DNA of 64,000 nucleotides, taken from positions 211,118-275,117 of the forward strand of contig DASTXL010000002.1 of the NCBI GenBank assembly GCA_035758565.1, read 5' to 3'. The position numbers were made by a program, and so were the translations under genes. Of this stretch, positions 45,040-53,494 are shown one piece after another. The notes beneath the pieces are model-generated. The model did no database searches. It saw only the letters and a list, made by a program, of their open reading frames with translations, and was not told where the DNA came from. Every line of letters starts with the position of its first letter. The stretch's first letter is position 1. The stretch is from Candidatus Saccharimonadales bacterium. Its GTDB lineage: Bacteria; Patescibacteriota; Saccharimonadia; Saccharimonadales; UBA10212.

Positions 45040-46493
45040 AAATTTTGTCTAAGCCACTCATCGAGCGAGCCAGCCCCGCCGGCACTCAGGCAGAGAACTA
45101 GGTCGTCATCAGTAGCATGGTCTTTGATTTTAGCGGCTAGCTTCTCATTTATTTGACTAGCTTCGGCATGCTCCTTAGACGATTTACTTAACAAGTTAAC
45201 TAAATCGGCAGGGGAGAGGGTTGGCAAATTGGGATCTTCGCGGGCTAGGTAGCTAGGCACGACATAAAGCTTTTTAACATCGTCAAATAAGTTAGCTAAG
45301 TCATCTTTTATAAAGTGTTGGCGTAAATTATGCAGACCTTCGTACACCACCACCACGCCAGGCCCGCCGGCCGCATCAGACTGCTTATCGGCAGAGCCGA
45401 TAACCCTCTGATGCTCTTGGCGCAGTGCTTTGTCAGTAACGCTCTTTCGCTCACTCACCGTACCAGTTGTACGGCTCGCTCGCTCCTCGCTACTTCCTTG
45501 CACTGCATCCAAGCCGGAGACCCTGGAGCGCTGATTGATGACCTCAAACGCTAGTTGCAGGGCGCCACGAATTTTGCCGGGTGTATGGGCAGAGTCGCTA
45601 TAAATATTAGCTGCAATTTGCTCAAAGCGTCGTGAGACGCCCGGAAATTGATTTAGTACTTTAACGATTTCTTGGCGCGGTTTATCTAGCAGTTCGGCCA
45701 GCCCGGAGGCTACCAGCCAAGCGTTCTGGCGATTCACTAAGCCAGCCAGTTTAACCTGGTTAATTTCTGGGTCGTCTTTGTCTAAAATCACAAACTTTTC
45801 CGCCGCTTTAATGCCCAGTTTTTCGGCATCATCGCTCCAAACCATCGCCCGGCTAGACTGGTCCAGGAATTCACTAAAGGCTTGATAATAACTTTCGCGG
45901 GTTGGGTAAATGTCCGGGTGATCCCAATCAATGCCTGAAATCATGGCGACCTCAGGATAAAAACTCAAAAAGTTGCGGTCGTATTCATCTGTTTCATATA
46001 CAAAGTATTCGCTTTTTGCGTCAAACTCAGCCACGTCGCCAAAGCTTAGCTTAGCGCCGCCAGAGTAGCTCACGGGCATGTTCATTTGCTTGAAAACCCA
46101 GGTCGCCATGGCGGTGGTGGTAGTTTTGCCGTGGGTGCCGGCGATTGAGATCAGCTTCAAGCCTTTCTCTTTTATCAAATGGCTCAAAAATTCATCGCGC
46201 TTGGACTGCTTAATACGGTGGGTCTTGCAAAATTTAAATTCCGGATGGTCTGGAAAATCAATCGGTTGGGCCGAACCATATATAAACCAATCAATAGGAT
46301 TTTTAGCATGAATCTGCTCGATAAACTCATCGTCAACGCCTATATGCGTCTCGGTCACTCCATGATCGCGCAAGTACTCTAAGTACCCGCTGGGCCGGGC
46401 GTCCGAACCGCTTACTTCAAATCCGGCTTCGTGTGCTATTAGGGCCAGCGATGCCATGGCCGTGCCGCCAATACCAGAAACATAAATATGCAT
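45036..46493 (-). CDS. Mur ligase family protein (MurC/Mpl-type) with a ~59-aa low-complexity insertion
   Basis: GIGGTAMASLALIAHEAGFEVSGSD, IAGTHGKTTTTAM, DSAHTPGKI. The insertion spans residues about 321-379. Confidence 0.8.
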   Translation of the reverse strand: MHIYVSGIGGTAMASLALIAHEAGFEVSGSDARPSGYLEYLRDHGVTETHIGVDDEFIEQIHAKNPIDWFIYGSAQPIDFPDHPEFKFCKTHRIKQSKRDEFLSHLIKEKGLKLISIAGTHGKTTTTAMATWVFKQMNMPVSYSGGAKLSFGDVAEFDAKSEYFVYETDEYDRNFLSFYPEVAMISGIDWDHPDIYPTRESYYQAFSEFLDQSSRAMVWSDDAEKLGIKAAEKFVILDKDDPEINQVKLAGLVNRQNAWLVASGLAELLDKPRQEIVKVLNQFPGVSRRFEQIAANIYSDSAHTPGKIRGALQLAFEVINQRSRVSGLDAVQGSSEERASRTTGTVSERKSVTDKALRQEHQRVIGSADKQSDAAGGPGVVVVYEGLHNLRQHFIKDDLANLFDDVKKLYVVPSYLAREDPNLPTLSPADLVNLLSKSSKEHAEASQINEKLAAKIKDHATDDDLVLCLSAGGAGSLDEWLRQNF

Positions 46494-46523
46494 AATTTAA
46501 AGTTTACCAACTAAAACAGATAA

Positions 46524-47135
46524 TTAGCCAGCTGTTTCGACTGCAACTTGCCCCAGATTTTGATGCTTGCTAATTATTCTGTCAATCAAACCGCAGACAG
46601 CTTCGTCGACTATTGCAATTATTCCTGCCGTTTCTCCTTCTTCTAGAGAGTGACTGCCGAAGTCGGAGTGATCCGTCCGATAGAAAGGCCTGCCGTCCAT
46701 CCTAGCTAACCCTATCTCTGAAAGGACTATTCCGGCTTGTTTATAAGGAGTAGCAACACCCTTATTTTTGTCTACTAGGCTGACCCACGGTAATATTTCG
46801 CGTCGCGTCCACGGGGTGTTCAATATATCTCTATTTGAGTGGATTTTATATTCCACCCGCACCTCCGCCACGACTCCTGGCTCACTAGTCTCAATAGTGG
46901 CTGGGGCCGACTCGCTCGCAGAGGGTTCGGCGTGGTTATAACGATATGGAGCGTTGGAGTTATTAGCGTATTGTTCCAGTATAGACATGGCAACTCGCAT
47001 GCGCTGTTCGACGTCAAGCGCCATATATTCTTCACGCGATTTGGGAAAACGGTAAGCGACTTCGCTTAATCCAGCTTCAGTTGATTCTAGTTCCTGGAAC
47101 AGCTTTCGTCCTATAACACCATCTTTGTAAATCAC
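46524..47135 (-). CDS. Hypothetical protein
   Basis: 203-aa ORF. Confidence 0.55.
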   Translation of the reverse strand: MIYKDGVIGRKLFQELESTEAGLSEVAYRFPKSREEYMALDVEQRMRVAMSILEQYANNSNAPYRYNHAEPSASESAPATIETSEPGVVAEVRVEYKIHSNRDILNTPWTRREILPWVSLVDKNKGVATPYKQAGIVLSEIGLARMDGRPFYRTDHSDFGSHSLEEGETAGIIAIVDEAVCGLIDRIISKHQNLGQVAVETAG

Positions 47136-47234
47136 TTGCTAATAATAAGTCTGCTTTTTACAAACTGCAAGTATCAGCTTTTTGACGTTTTGACGCTCGC
47201 GTGTAAACATTAAGGCAGTAAAATAAAAATAAAC

Positions 47235-47816
47235 ATGAGTAACTTTAGACATTCCCGTCGTGCGACTTATCAATTATTCCTACTACTTCTTATCATTAGT
47301 AGCTTAACTGCCATCTTTGCCTTACGCCACAATAACGAAACAATGATTAGCTTGCGCGACAAAGTCTATGCTGCCGACAAAGACGGCGGCGATGTGAATG
47401 CCGCCCTAAATAACCTGCGCAAATACGTGTACGGCCATATGAACACTAATCTTTCCAGTGGCGGCAACGCCGTTAAGCCTCCAATCCAGCTCAAATACAC
47501 CTACGAGCGGCTAGAGGCCCAAGCCCAAGCGGCGGCTAACAACAGCGGGCTTTATACCGCGGCCGAAAATTATTGCCAAAGCCAAATTCCTACCGGCTTT
47601 TCTGGCCGCTACCGCATAAGCTGCGTCCAGGACTACATTATGAGCCATGGCGGCTCCCAGGCCGCGGCCATACCGGCTGGCCTTTACGAATTTGATTTTG
47701 CCAGCCCTAGCTGGAGTCCCGACCTTGCTGGCTGGAGCTTGGTAGTCAGCGCACTTACTTTAGTTGGTTTTCTTATAACCTTTACAGCCAGCCGATTTAA
47801 TCGGTTAATTAAATAA
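47235..47816 (+). CDS. Hypothetical membrane protein (N- and C-terminal TM)
   Basis: 193-aa ORF. Confidence 0.55.
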   Translation: MSNFRHSRRATYQLFLLLLIISSLTAIFALRHNNETMISLRDKVYAADKDGGDVNAALNNLRKYVYGHMNTNLSSGGNAVKPPIQLKYTYERLEAQAQAAANNSGLYTAAENYCQSQIPTGFSGRYRISCVQDYIMSHGGSQAAAIPAGLYEFDFASPSWSPDLAGWSLVVSALTLVGFLITFTASRFNRLIK

Positions 47817-47843
47817 AACAACCCCGGTTTCCCAGGGTTGTTT
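47817..47843. terminator. Bidirectional terminator between convergent genes
   Basis: AACAACCC / GGGTTGTT 8-bp stem with an A-run upstream and a T-run downstream. Confidence 0.55.
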
Positions 47844-47860
47844 CTCAAGCAAGTTCTAAA

Positions 47861-48523
47861 TTACTGCTTGTTGCTAGTGCTGTTGTTAGTACTAGTGTTG
47901 GTTGTAGCGTTGTTGTTGGTGTTGGTGCTGTTCTGAGCGCTGGAGTTGCTGCTAGTTGAGCTGCTTGCTTGGTTACAGTTAGGACCATTTGGATTTTGCT
48001 GTTGGAACTGCTTGATAGCTTGTACCACTTTACCGCTGTCTTGTAGGTTCTCCCAGAAGGCCACCTGATTGCGGTTGATGACCATCTCATCCAACGGTGA
48101 GTGCAATTGCTGACAGCCGAGCTTGGTCAACTGTGGGTTAGCACTAGAGCTGGTGCTGGTATTGTCGGTGGTCAGGTAGTAAACATCCTTCAAAATCATG
48201 TACTTGTCGTTCAAAGTTGTGACATGGCCAAAGTAGGTCGTATAAGCAACCGAACCACTTGTGGCGCCGCCATTTAAGAAGACTGCTTGATACTTGCCTT
48301 TATCTACTTGATTACCTTCGGTGTAGCCAACGTTACCGGCAAAGATTGCCCACAAAATGACTACAGCCAAGATCAAAGCACAGCCCAAAGTTAATATAAA
48401 TAGTTCAATACGCACCGAGCGGGTTTCCCAGTCGATGTGTCGGCTTCGGCCGCGTGCGCCCTGAGGAGCTGGGCCGGATGGCTGAGGCGCTACATTACCC
48501 CTGCCGCGGGACATAAATTCCAT
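47861..48523 (-). CDS. Membrane-anchored protein with Asn/Ser/Thr-rich C-terminus (hypothetical)
   Basis: 220-aa ORF with a TM helix at residues about 50-75. Confidence 0.55.
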   Translation of the reverse strand: MEFMSRGRGNVAPQPSGPAPQGARGRSRHIDWETRSVRIELFILTLGCALILAVVILWAIFAGNVGYTEGNQVDKGKYQAVFLNGGATSGSVAYTTYFGHVTTLNDKYMILKDVYYLTTDNTSTSSSANPQLTKLGCQQLHSPLDEMVINRNQVAFWENLQDSGKVVQAIKQFQQQNPNGPNCNQASSSTSSNSSAQNSTNTNNNATTNTSTNNSTSNKQ

Positions 48524-48704
48524 ATGTTTGTTCCACCTTATTTACTTAAATACCCCCATATATTAACGCATAAGCGTTTTGCCTTGCAATAGCCATTAGC
48601 GAAATACGCAAAAGAGGTTGTTGTACTAAATACTTGTTGACAAGAAAATTCTTATAGGGGTATTTTAGGGGTACCATTAACTTTAACGGAGAGGGACATA
48701 AGCA

Positions 48705-48902
48705 ATGGCTTATAAACACACTAACAGTAAGGGTGTTACCTACTACCTGAACGCAAAGCAGGTTACACTGCGCGGGGGCAAGACACAAACAATCTATTAC
48801 TTTTCTAAGGACGAGCGTGCTGACACTGGCGTAGATCTGCCAGCTGACCGCACTGTCAACGAGAATCCACGCAACGGTTTCTTGACTCTAAAGCGCAAAT
48901 AG
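48705..48902 (+). CDS. Small hypothetical protein (65 aa)
   Basis: RBS GGAGAGGG upstream. Followed by a strong terminator. Confidence 0.5.
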   Translation: MAYKHTNSKGVTYYLNAKQVTLRGGKTQTIYYFSKDERADTGVDLPADRTVNENPRNGFLTLKRK

Positions 48903-48924
48903 TTTTTGCCTTTTTAGAACCTGG

Positions 48925-48949
48925 CCCGCCTCAAAATGAGGCGGGTTTT
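48925..48949 (+). terminator. Rho-independent terminator
   Basis: CCCGCCTCA-AAA-TGAGGCGGG (9 bp) followed by TTTT. Confidence 0.8.
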
Positions 48950-48985
48950 GGTTTTAAGGACTGAGTTGGTTATCATAAAGGGCAT

Positions 48986-49747
48986 ATGTCCGACGTAATC
49001 TTAAAAGTAAAAGACCTGCGAAAAAAATACGGTGAGCACGAAGCTGTTAAAGGCATAAGTTTCGAGGTCAAAAAGGGCGAGATCTTTGGAATCTTGGGCC
49101 CCAACGGTGCTGGTAAAACTACCACGCTAGAAATGATCGAAACTTTGCGCACGATTGACGGCGGCAGCGCCGAAATCGCCGGCGTGGATGTGGCGACGAA
49201 CCCTTATGAAATTCGCGGCATGATCGGCGTTCAGCCGCAAACACCGGGCTTTCAGGACAAAACCAAGCTAACCGAGCTTATTCAAATGTTTGCCGCTGCT
49301 TATGGTGAACGAGTAGACCCCAGGAAGTTCTTAGACGAAGTCAACCTGGGCGACAAGGCCGACAGTTACGTAGAGAACCTGTCTGGTGGTCAGAAACAAC
49401 GCTTCTCGATCGTCGCGGCGCTGGTGCACAATCCTAAAGTATTTTTCTTGGACGAACCAACTACTGGCCTCGATCCGCAGGCCCGTCGTAACTTGTGGCG
49501 CTTAATCGAAGAGGTCCGCGACCGTGGTATCAGCGTGATTTTAACGACTCACTACATGGACGAGGCCGAAGTCCTTTGTGACCGAATAGCCATCATGGAT
49601 CAAGGCGAGATTATCGCCCTGGATACACCAAAAAACTTAATCAAGGCTCTCTTAAAGCGTGGATTTAAGAAAGAGCAGCGGGTCGAACAAGCTAACTTAG
49701 AGGATGTGTTTATAGATATGACAGGGAAAGGCTTGCACGAGGAATAA
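48986..49747 (+). CDS. ABC transporter ATP-binding protein (ABC-2/DrrA-type)
   Basis: Walker A GPNGAGKTT, signature LSGGQKQR, Walker B VFFLDEPTTGLD. Confidence 0.9.
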   Translation: MSDVILKVKDLRKKYGEHEAVKGISFEVKKGEIFGILGPNGAGKTTTLEMIETLRTIDGGSAEIAGVDVATNPYEIRGMIGVQPQTPGFQDKTKLTELIQMFAAAYGERVDPRKFLDEVNLGDKADSYVENLSGGQKQRFSIVAALVHNPKVFFLDEPTTGLDPQARRNLWRLIEEVRDRGISVILTTHYMDEAEVLCDRIAIMDQGEIIALDTPKNLIKALLKRGFKKEQRVEQANLEDVFIDMTGKGLHEE

Positions 49748-49750
49748 TCT

Positions 49751-50977
49751 ATGAAATGGCTTTGGATATTAATCGCGCTATTCGTAATAATCAGGCTGGC
49801 AATGCGTTTTAAGGTTTTTCCGCGGGGCAAACAGCCGCAAACCAAGGGCCTTAAGCCAATCGACGCCCGTTGGAAAAAACTCTACACGGTTTGGACATTT
49901 TTCACGATCAACTTGCGTCGTTTGTTTCGAGACCGATTGGCGCTGTTCTTTACTTTTTTGTTCCCGTTAATCTTTTTGTTTGTTTTTGGTTCGCTCAATA
50001 GCCATACTTCCGATGTATCTTTCAATGTGGCTATAATTAACGAATCCAAGTCGCAACTGGCTAGCCAGTTCGTCGCTAACGCGCAGTCTAAGGATCAAAA
50101 ACTACTTAAGGTAGATAAAGACGTGGCTAACTTTACTCAAGCTAACGAAAAAATGAGCCGCGGTGAAATTGATGCCACCATCGAACTGCCGCCTAGCTTT
50201 GGCGATTTTAAAAATGGCGTACCAAGCGGCCAGGCCATAGTGCACTACACCAACAATAATCAATCGGCGGCTACGACCTTAATATCCGTGCTAACCAGTC
50301 AGTTCCAGGGTATTAGCGCTAAATACGTAAAAACCGCCGACCCCCTAAAAGTCGTCGGTAAGCAAAATAACGAACACGCTCTAAGCGCTTTTGACTATAC
50401 CTTTACCGGCCTATTAGGTTTCTCTATCTTGGGCGCTGGCATATTCGGTCCAATGAACGTTTTTCCAGAGCTAAAGAAAATGGGTATTTTACGACGTTTG
50501 CACACCACGCCTATCCGCGTTTGGCAGTATTTCTTGGCCAATATGCTAGGCAACGCCGTTACGGGACTCATGAGCATAGCCGTAATGTTCGTCGTGGCTA
50601 TGGCGGTCTTTAATCTTAAAGTCGTCGGCAACTTGTTTGAGCTGGCGGTCTTCCTGGCTTACGGAATAATCGTAATCTTAGGCATTGGTCTAGCTCTGGG
50701 CGGCTGGGCAAAGAACGAGCGCCAGGCGGCGCCTCTCGGTAATATCATTGTCTTTCCGATGATGTTTTTGACGGGTGTGTTTTTCCCAAGGTTTTTGATG
50801 CCTCATTGGCTGCAGGGAATTACGACCTACATGCCCTTAACACCAGTAATTGATGGCGCGCGTATGATTTTGACCGAAGGTAAAGGGTTGCTTGATTTGG
50901 GTAGCCAGCTAGGAATTATGACGGTCTGGCTGGTAATCGTTTACTTGATTGCTTTCCGAGTGTTCCGCTGGGAGTAG
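49751..50977 (+). CDS. ABC-2 type transporter permease
   Basis: 408 aa. N-terminal TM, large extracytoplasmic loop and 5 C-terminal TM helices. Starts 4 nt after the ATPase gene. Confidence 0.8.
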   Translation: MKWLWILIALFVIIRLAMRFKVFPRGKQPQTKGLKPIDARWKKLYTVWTFFTINLRRLFRDRLALFFTFLFPLIFLFVFGSLNSHTSDVSFNVAIINESKSQLASQFVANAQSKDQKLLKVDKDVANFTQANEKMSRGEIDATIELPPSFGDFKNGVPSGQAIVHYTNNNQSAATTLISVLTSQFQGISAKYVKTADPLKVVGKQNNEHALSAFDYTFTGLLGFSILGAGIFGPMNVFPELKKMGILRRLHTTPIRVWQYFLANMLGNAVTGLMSIAVMFVVAMAVFNLKVVGNLFELAVFLAYGIIVILGIGLALGGWAKNERQAAPLGNIIVFPMMFLTGVFFPRFLMPHWLQGITTYMPLTPVIDGARMILTEGKGLLDLGSQLGIMTVWLVIVYLIAFRVFRWE

Positions 50978-51049
50978 GGCAACTATACTTTGGGCGGCCA
51001 AAGTAGCAAAGCCGCCGGGCGCTTTCCTGGCTTGATAAGCTTGCTAGTC

Positions 51050-51119
51050 AAACAAACAACAGGCTGCGGAACTCGGGCTTTTGCCCTCAAGCAGTCCTCG
51101 CCTAATTAGTTGTTTGTTT
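51050..51119. other. 70-nt imperfect long hairpin of unknown function
   Basis: Outer arms AAACAAACAAC / GTTGTTTGTTT are perfect (11 bp). Inner pairings are AGGCTGC/GCAGtCCT and GGGC-TTTT-GCCC. Confidence 0.4.
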
Positions 51120-51359
51120 TACGCAACCTTTCAGGCCGCTAAAGCACGCCCGGACCCACTATCCGAACAGGAGCTGTTTATAAGCCAGATGTTTGAGAAA
51201 GTAAATTATTACTTGACTTGTTAAGTATTCTTTAGGCATGAAGTAAGCGCCATGATAGGTGGCGCCGCGGCCGCATAAAATGCAGGCGCGCCCATGGCGC
51301 TGTGGCGGAAGACCAAGATTTGGTCTCCCGCCAGATTCTTCGTGAGGAGTCGTTGGCGA

Positions 51360-51683
51360 TCAGTCGTCTGGCAGGCTACGTCGTCTCGGCCGAGGCACGA
51401 AGAAGTGCAACATCACACGCTGCTTGTCGTTGGCATGAAGAGCCGTTGCGACGAGCAAGCCGTCCTTGTTCAGCTCGGGGTCTTCGCGCCAGCGAAACGA
51501 ACCGTCTCCCGGCGAGCTGGCGATGATCGCCTCTCTGAACGCCTCTCTTGAGCACGCGTTCTTGGTCGACCTCAGCACCATCACCGTGTCAGCCTTGCCG
51601 TCCGATGACGGTCCCTGACCGATGAGCGTGAAGACACCGCCCTCGCGAACGCTGTGCTCGAGAGTTTCTACCAAGTCCAACAC
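51360..51683 (-). CDS. Orphan GC-rich ORF (107 aa, GTG start), hypothetical
   Basis: GGAGG lies 4 nt before GTG 51683. By my hand count about three quarters of codons end in G/C, versus about two thirds for the overlapping plus-strand ORF, whose product is Arg/Trp/Ser-rich and looks antisense. Confidence 0.5.
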   Translation of the reverse strand: MLDLVETLEHSVREGGVFTLIGQGPSSDGKADTVMVLRSTKNACSREAFREAIIASSPGDGSFRWREDPELNKDGLLVATALHANDKQRVMLHFFVPRPRRRSLPDD

Positions 51684-51761
51684 AGAACCTCCGCTTGAAG
51701 ATGAACTAACCTCGACCGAAGCCGAAGATTAGTTCGGTTGACGAATCGAGGTGATATACTT

Positions 51762-51790
51762 ATTCTACAATAAATTTACTTAAATAGCAA
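51762..51790 (-). promoter_or_regulatory. Sigma70-type promoter for the GC-rich ORF
   Basis: Minus strand TTGCTA-17-TAGAAT. About 75-nt 5' UTR containing a hairpin (CCTCGA...TCGAGG). Confidence 0.45.
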
Positions 51791-51850
51791 TAAAATTAAG
51801 GAGATTTTTGGGTTCTAAAAGCTTACGCCTGTCTTTATAATTGATTGGTA

Positions 51851-53470
51851 ATGGCTAACTGGTTCAAAAGTCGTGCCACGGGGCGCTTATCGCTCACAAG
51901 CGCTGCTACATTACTTATTGCCTCGTCGTTCCTGGGGCAAATTTTGGGTTTCCTCCGAACCAAGCTGGTTAACGCCAACTTCTCAGCCGTTGGCCCGCAT
52001 AGCACTGATACGTACTTTGCTGCCTTTAACATCCCGGACTTTTTCTTTTACACCTTGGCAGCCGGTGCCTTGGGCGTAGCTTTTATGCCGGTGCTCGCTG
52101 AACGTCTAGAAAGAGGCGATCGCAAAGGCATGTGGGAGTTGTCCTCTAGTTTGCTCAATCTCTTGGCTATAGTTATGGGCGTCGTAGCCATTATTGTCTT
52201 GGTCTTCGCAAATCAGCTAATTCATTACATCGTGGCACCTGACCTCTCGCCCGCTCAGTTGCACACAGCGGCGACTATCATGCGTTTTTTGGCGCTCAAT
52301 CCGCTCTTGTTCACAATCTCCGGTATTTTAGCCAGCAGCCAGCAAAGCATGGGGCGGTTTTTCTTTTTTGCCATCGCGCCGCTATTTTATAACGCCAGCA
52401 TCATTGTTAGCACCATGGTTTTTAGTGAGGCGCGCGGCCATTATGGCGGTCCGGGGCATCTTGGCATAGAAGGCTTGGGCATAGGCGCCCTAATTGGTGC
52501 CGTACTACAACTTTTAGTGATAGCCGTTGGTGTGCTGGGCCTAAGATTCCGCTGGCAACCAAAAATCATGTGGCGCAATCAGGATTTTCGAGTGATTTTG
52601 CGCAACTTGCCTCCGCGCAGTATTGACCAAGGCATGGATCAGATTGAGTCAATTGTAGAAACTAACTTCGCTCGCCGGCTCGGCGAGGGAAATATTAGTT
52701 ACTACTACAATGCCTACATTCTGCAGACGGCTCCGATAATTTTGATTGGTACAGCAATCTCAACGGCTGCTTTTCCGCGCTTGACCAACCGTCTGGCGCA
52801 AGGACGCCCAGATCTGTTCAGACGGGATTTTTTGATGGTACTTAGAGCTATGATTTGGATAATTTTGCCGGTAGCCATCCTTTGTTTCTTCTGTCGCGGC
52901 TATCTGGCCCGCCTGATCTTTGCCAACGACGCGCCAGTTATTGCTCGCATTTTTGGATACTTAACAGGTGCAATTATTTTTAGAACACTTTACGCAATCA
53001 TCAGCCGGTGGTTTTACGCCCAAAAAGATACCCGCACGCCTTTATATGTTTCGCTATTCTCGATTGGTCTTAACGTAGTTTTAGTGTACCTGTTCAGCAA
53101 GCCCAGCGCTTACGGCGTGGAGGGCCTGGCTATGGCTCAGTCGCTAGTGGCTATGGTGGAGGTTTTTGCATTGTTGGTTATTATGATTTGGCGTGATCAC
53201 CGTTTGTTTACGGCGGAGTTTTGGAGCGACCTGACCAGAATATTCTCGGTAACAGGGTTTACCGTTATAACAGCCTACATAATGATCAGTCTGGTGCCGC
53301 TGGAGACGTCCGACAAAGGCTTTATAACTCTAACGGCCAAGGTATTGTTTATAGTCGTGCCTACGCTGGTGGTGCACATTGCGATTTCGTCGCTATTTGG
53401 ACTGGATGAGGTGCGGCCAGTGATCCGCAAGCTCCGCAAACTTGTTCTAACTCCTGTTCGTATCCAATAA
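51851..53470 (+). CDS. murJ: Lipid II flippase MurJ (MviN family)
   Basis: About 540 aa, 14 TM. SFLGQILGFLRTKLVNANFSAVGPHSTDTYFAAFNIPDFFF is a typical MurJ N-terminus. ATG 51851 preferred over TTG 51845. Confidence 0.85.
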   Translation: MANWFKSRATGRLSLTSAATLLIASSFLGQILGFLRTKLVNANFSAVGPHSTDTYFAAFNIPDFFFYTLAAGALGVAFMPVLAERLERGDRKGMWELSSSLLNLLAIVMGVVAIIVLVFANQLIHYIVAPDLSPAQLHTAATIMRFLALNPLLFTISGILASSQQSMGRFFFFAIAPLFYNASIIVSTMVFSEARGHYGGPGHLGIEGLGIGALIGAVLQLLVIAVGVLGLRFRWQPKIMWRNQDFRVILRNLPPRSIDQGMDQIESIVETNFARRLGEGNISYYYNAYILQTAPIILIGTAISTAAFPRLTNRLAQGRPDLFRRDFLMVLRAMIWIILPVAILCFFCRGYLARLIFANDAPVIARIFGYLTGAIIFRTLYAIISRWFYAQKDTRTPLYVSLFSIGLNVVLVYLFSKPSAYGVEGLAMAQSLVAMVEVFALLVIMIWRDHRLFTAEFWSDLTRIFSVTGFTVITAYIMISLVPLETSDKGFITLTAKVLFIVVPTLVVHIAISSLFGLDEVRPVIRKLRKLVLTPVRIQ

Positions 53471-53494
53471 CTACCTCTGTTATAATCTAGGCTA

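Noticed and set aside
51043-51108. tmRNA-like tag region: TAGTC is followed by a short frame ending ...PQAVLA-TAA, reminiscent of the E. coli tmRNA AUAGUC-resume-codon context.
   Set aside because: No tRNA-like acceptor or T-arm (no GGTTCGA-type loop, no 5' GGGG / 3' CCA pairing) is found nearby on either strand. The tag would contain Cys and Arg, which is atypical. It is better described as part of a long hairpin.
51294-51551. Plus-strand ORFs 51294-51551 and 51302-51526 in the second GC-rich islet, the first starting at a CCATGG.
   Set aside because: The products are Arg/Trp/Ser-rich and look like antisense. The share of G/C-ending codons is lower than in the minus-strand frame, which also has GGAGG and a promoter. 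This is noted again under the contamination caveat.
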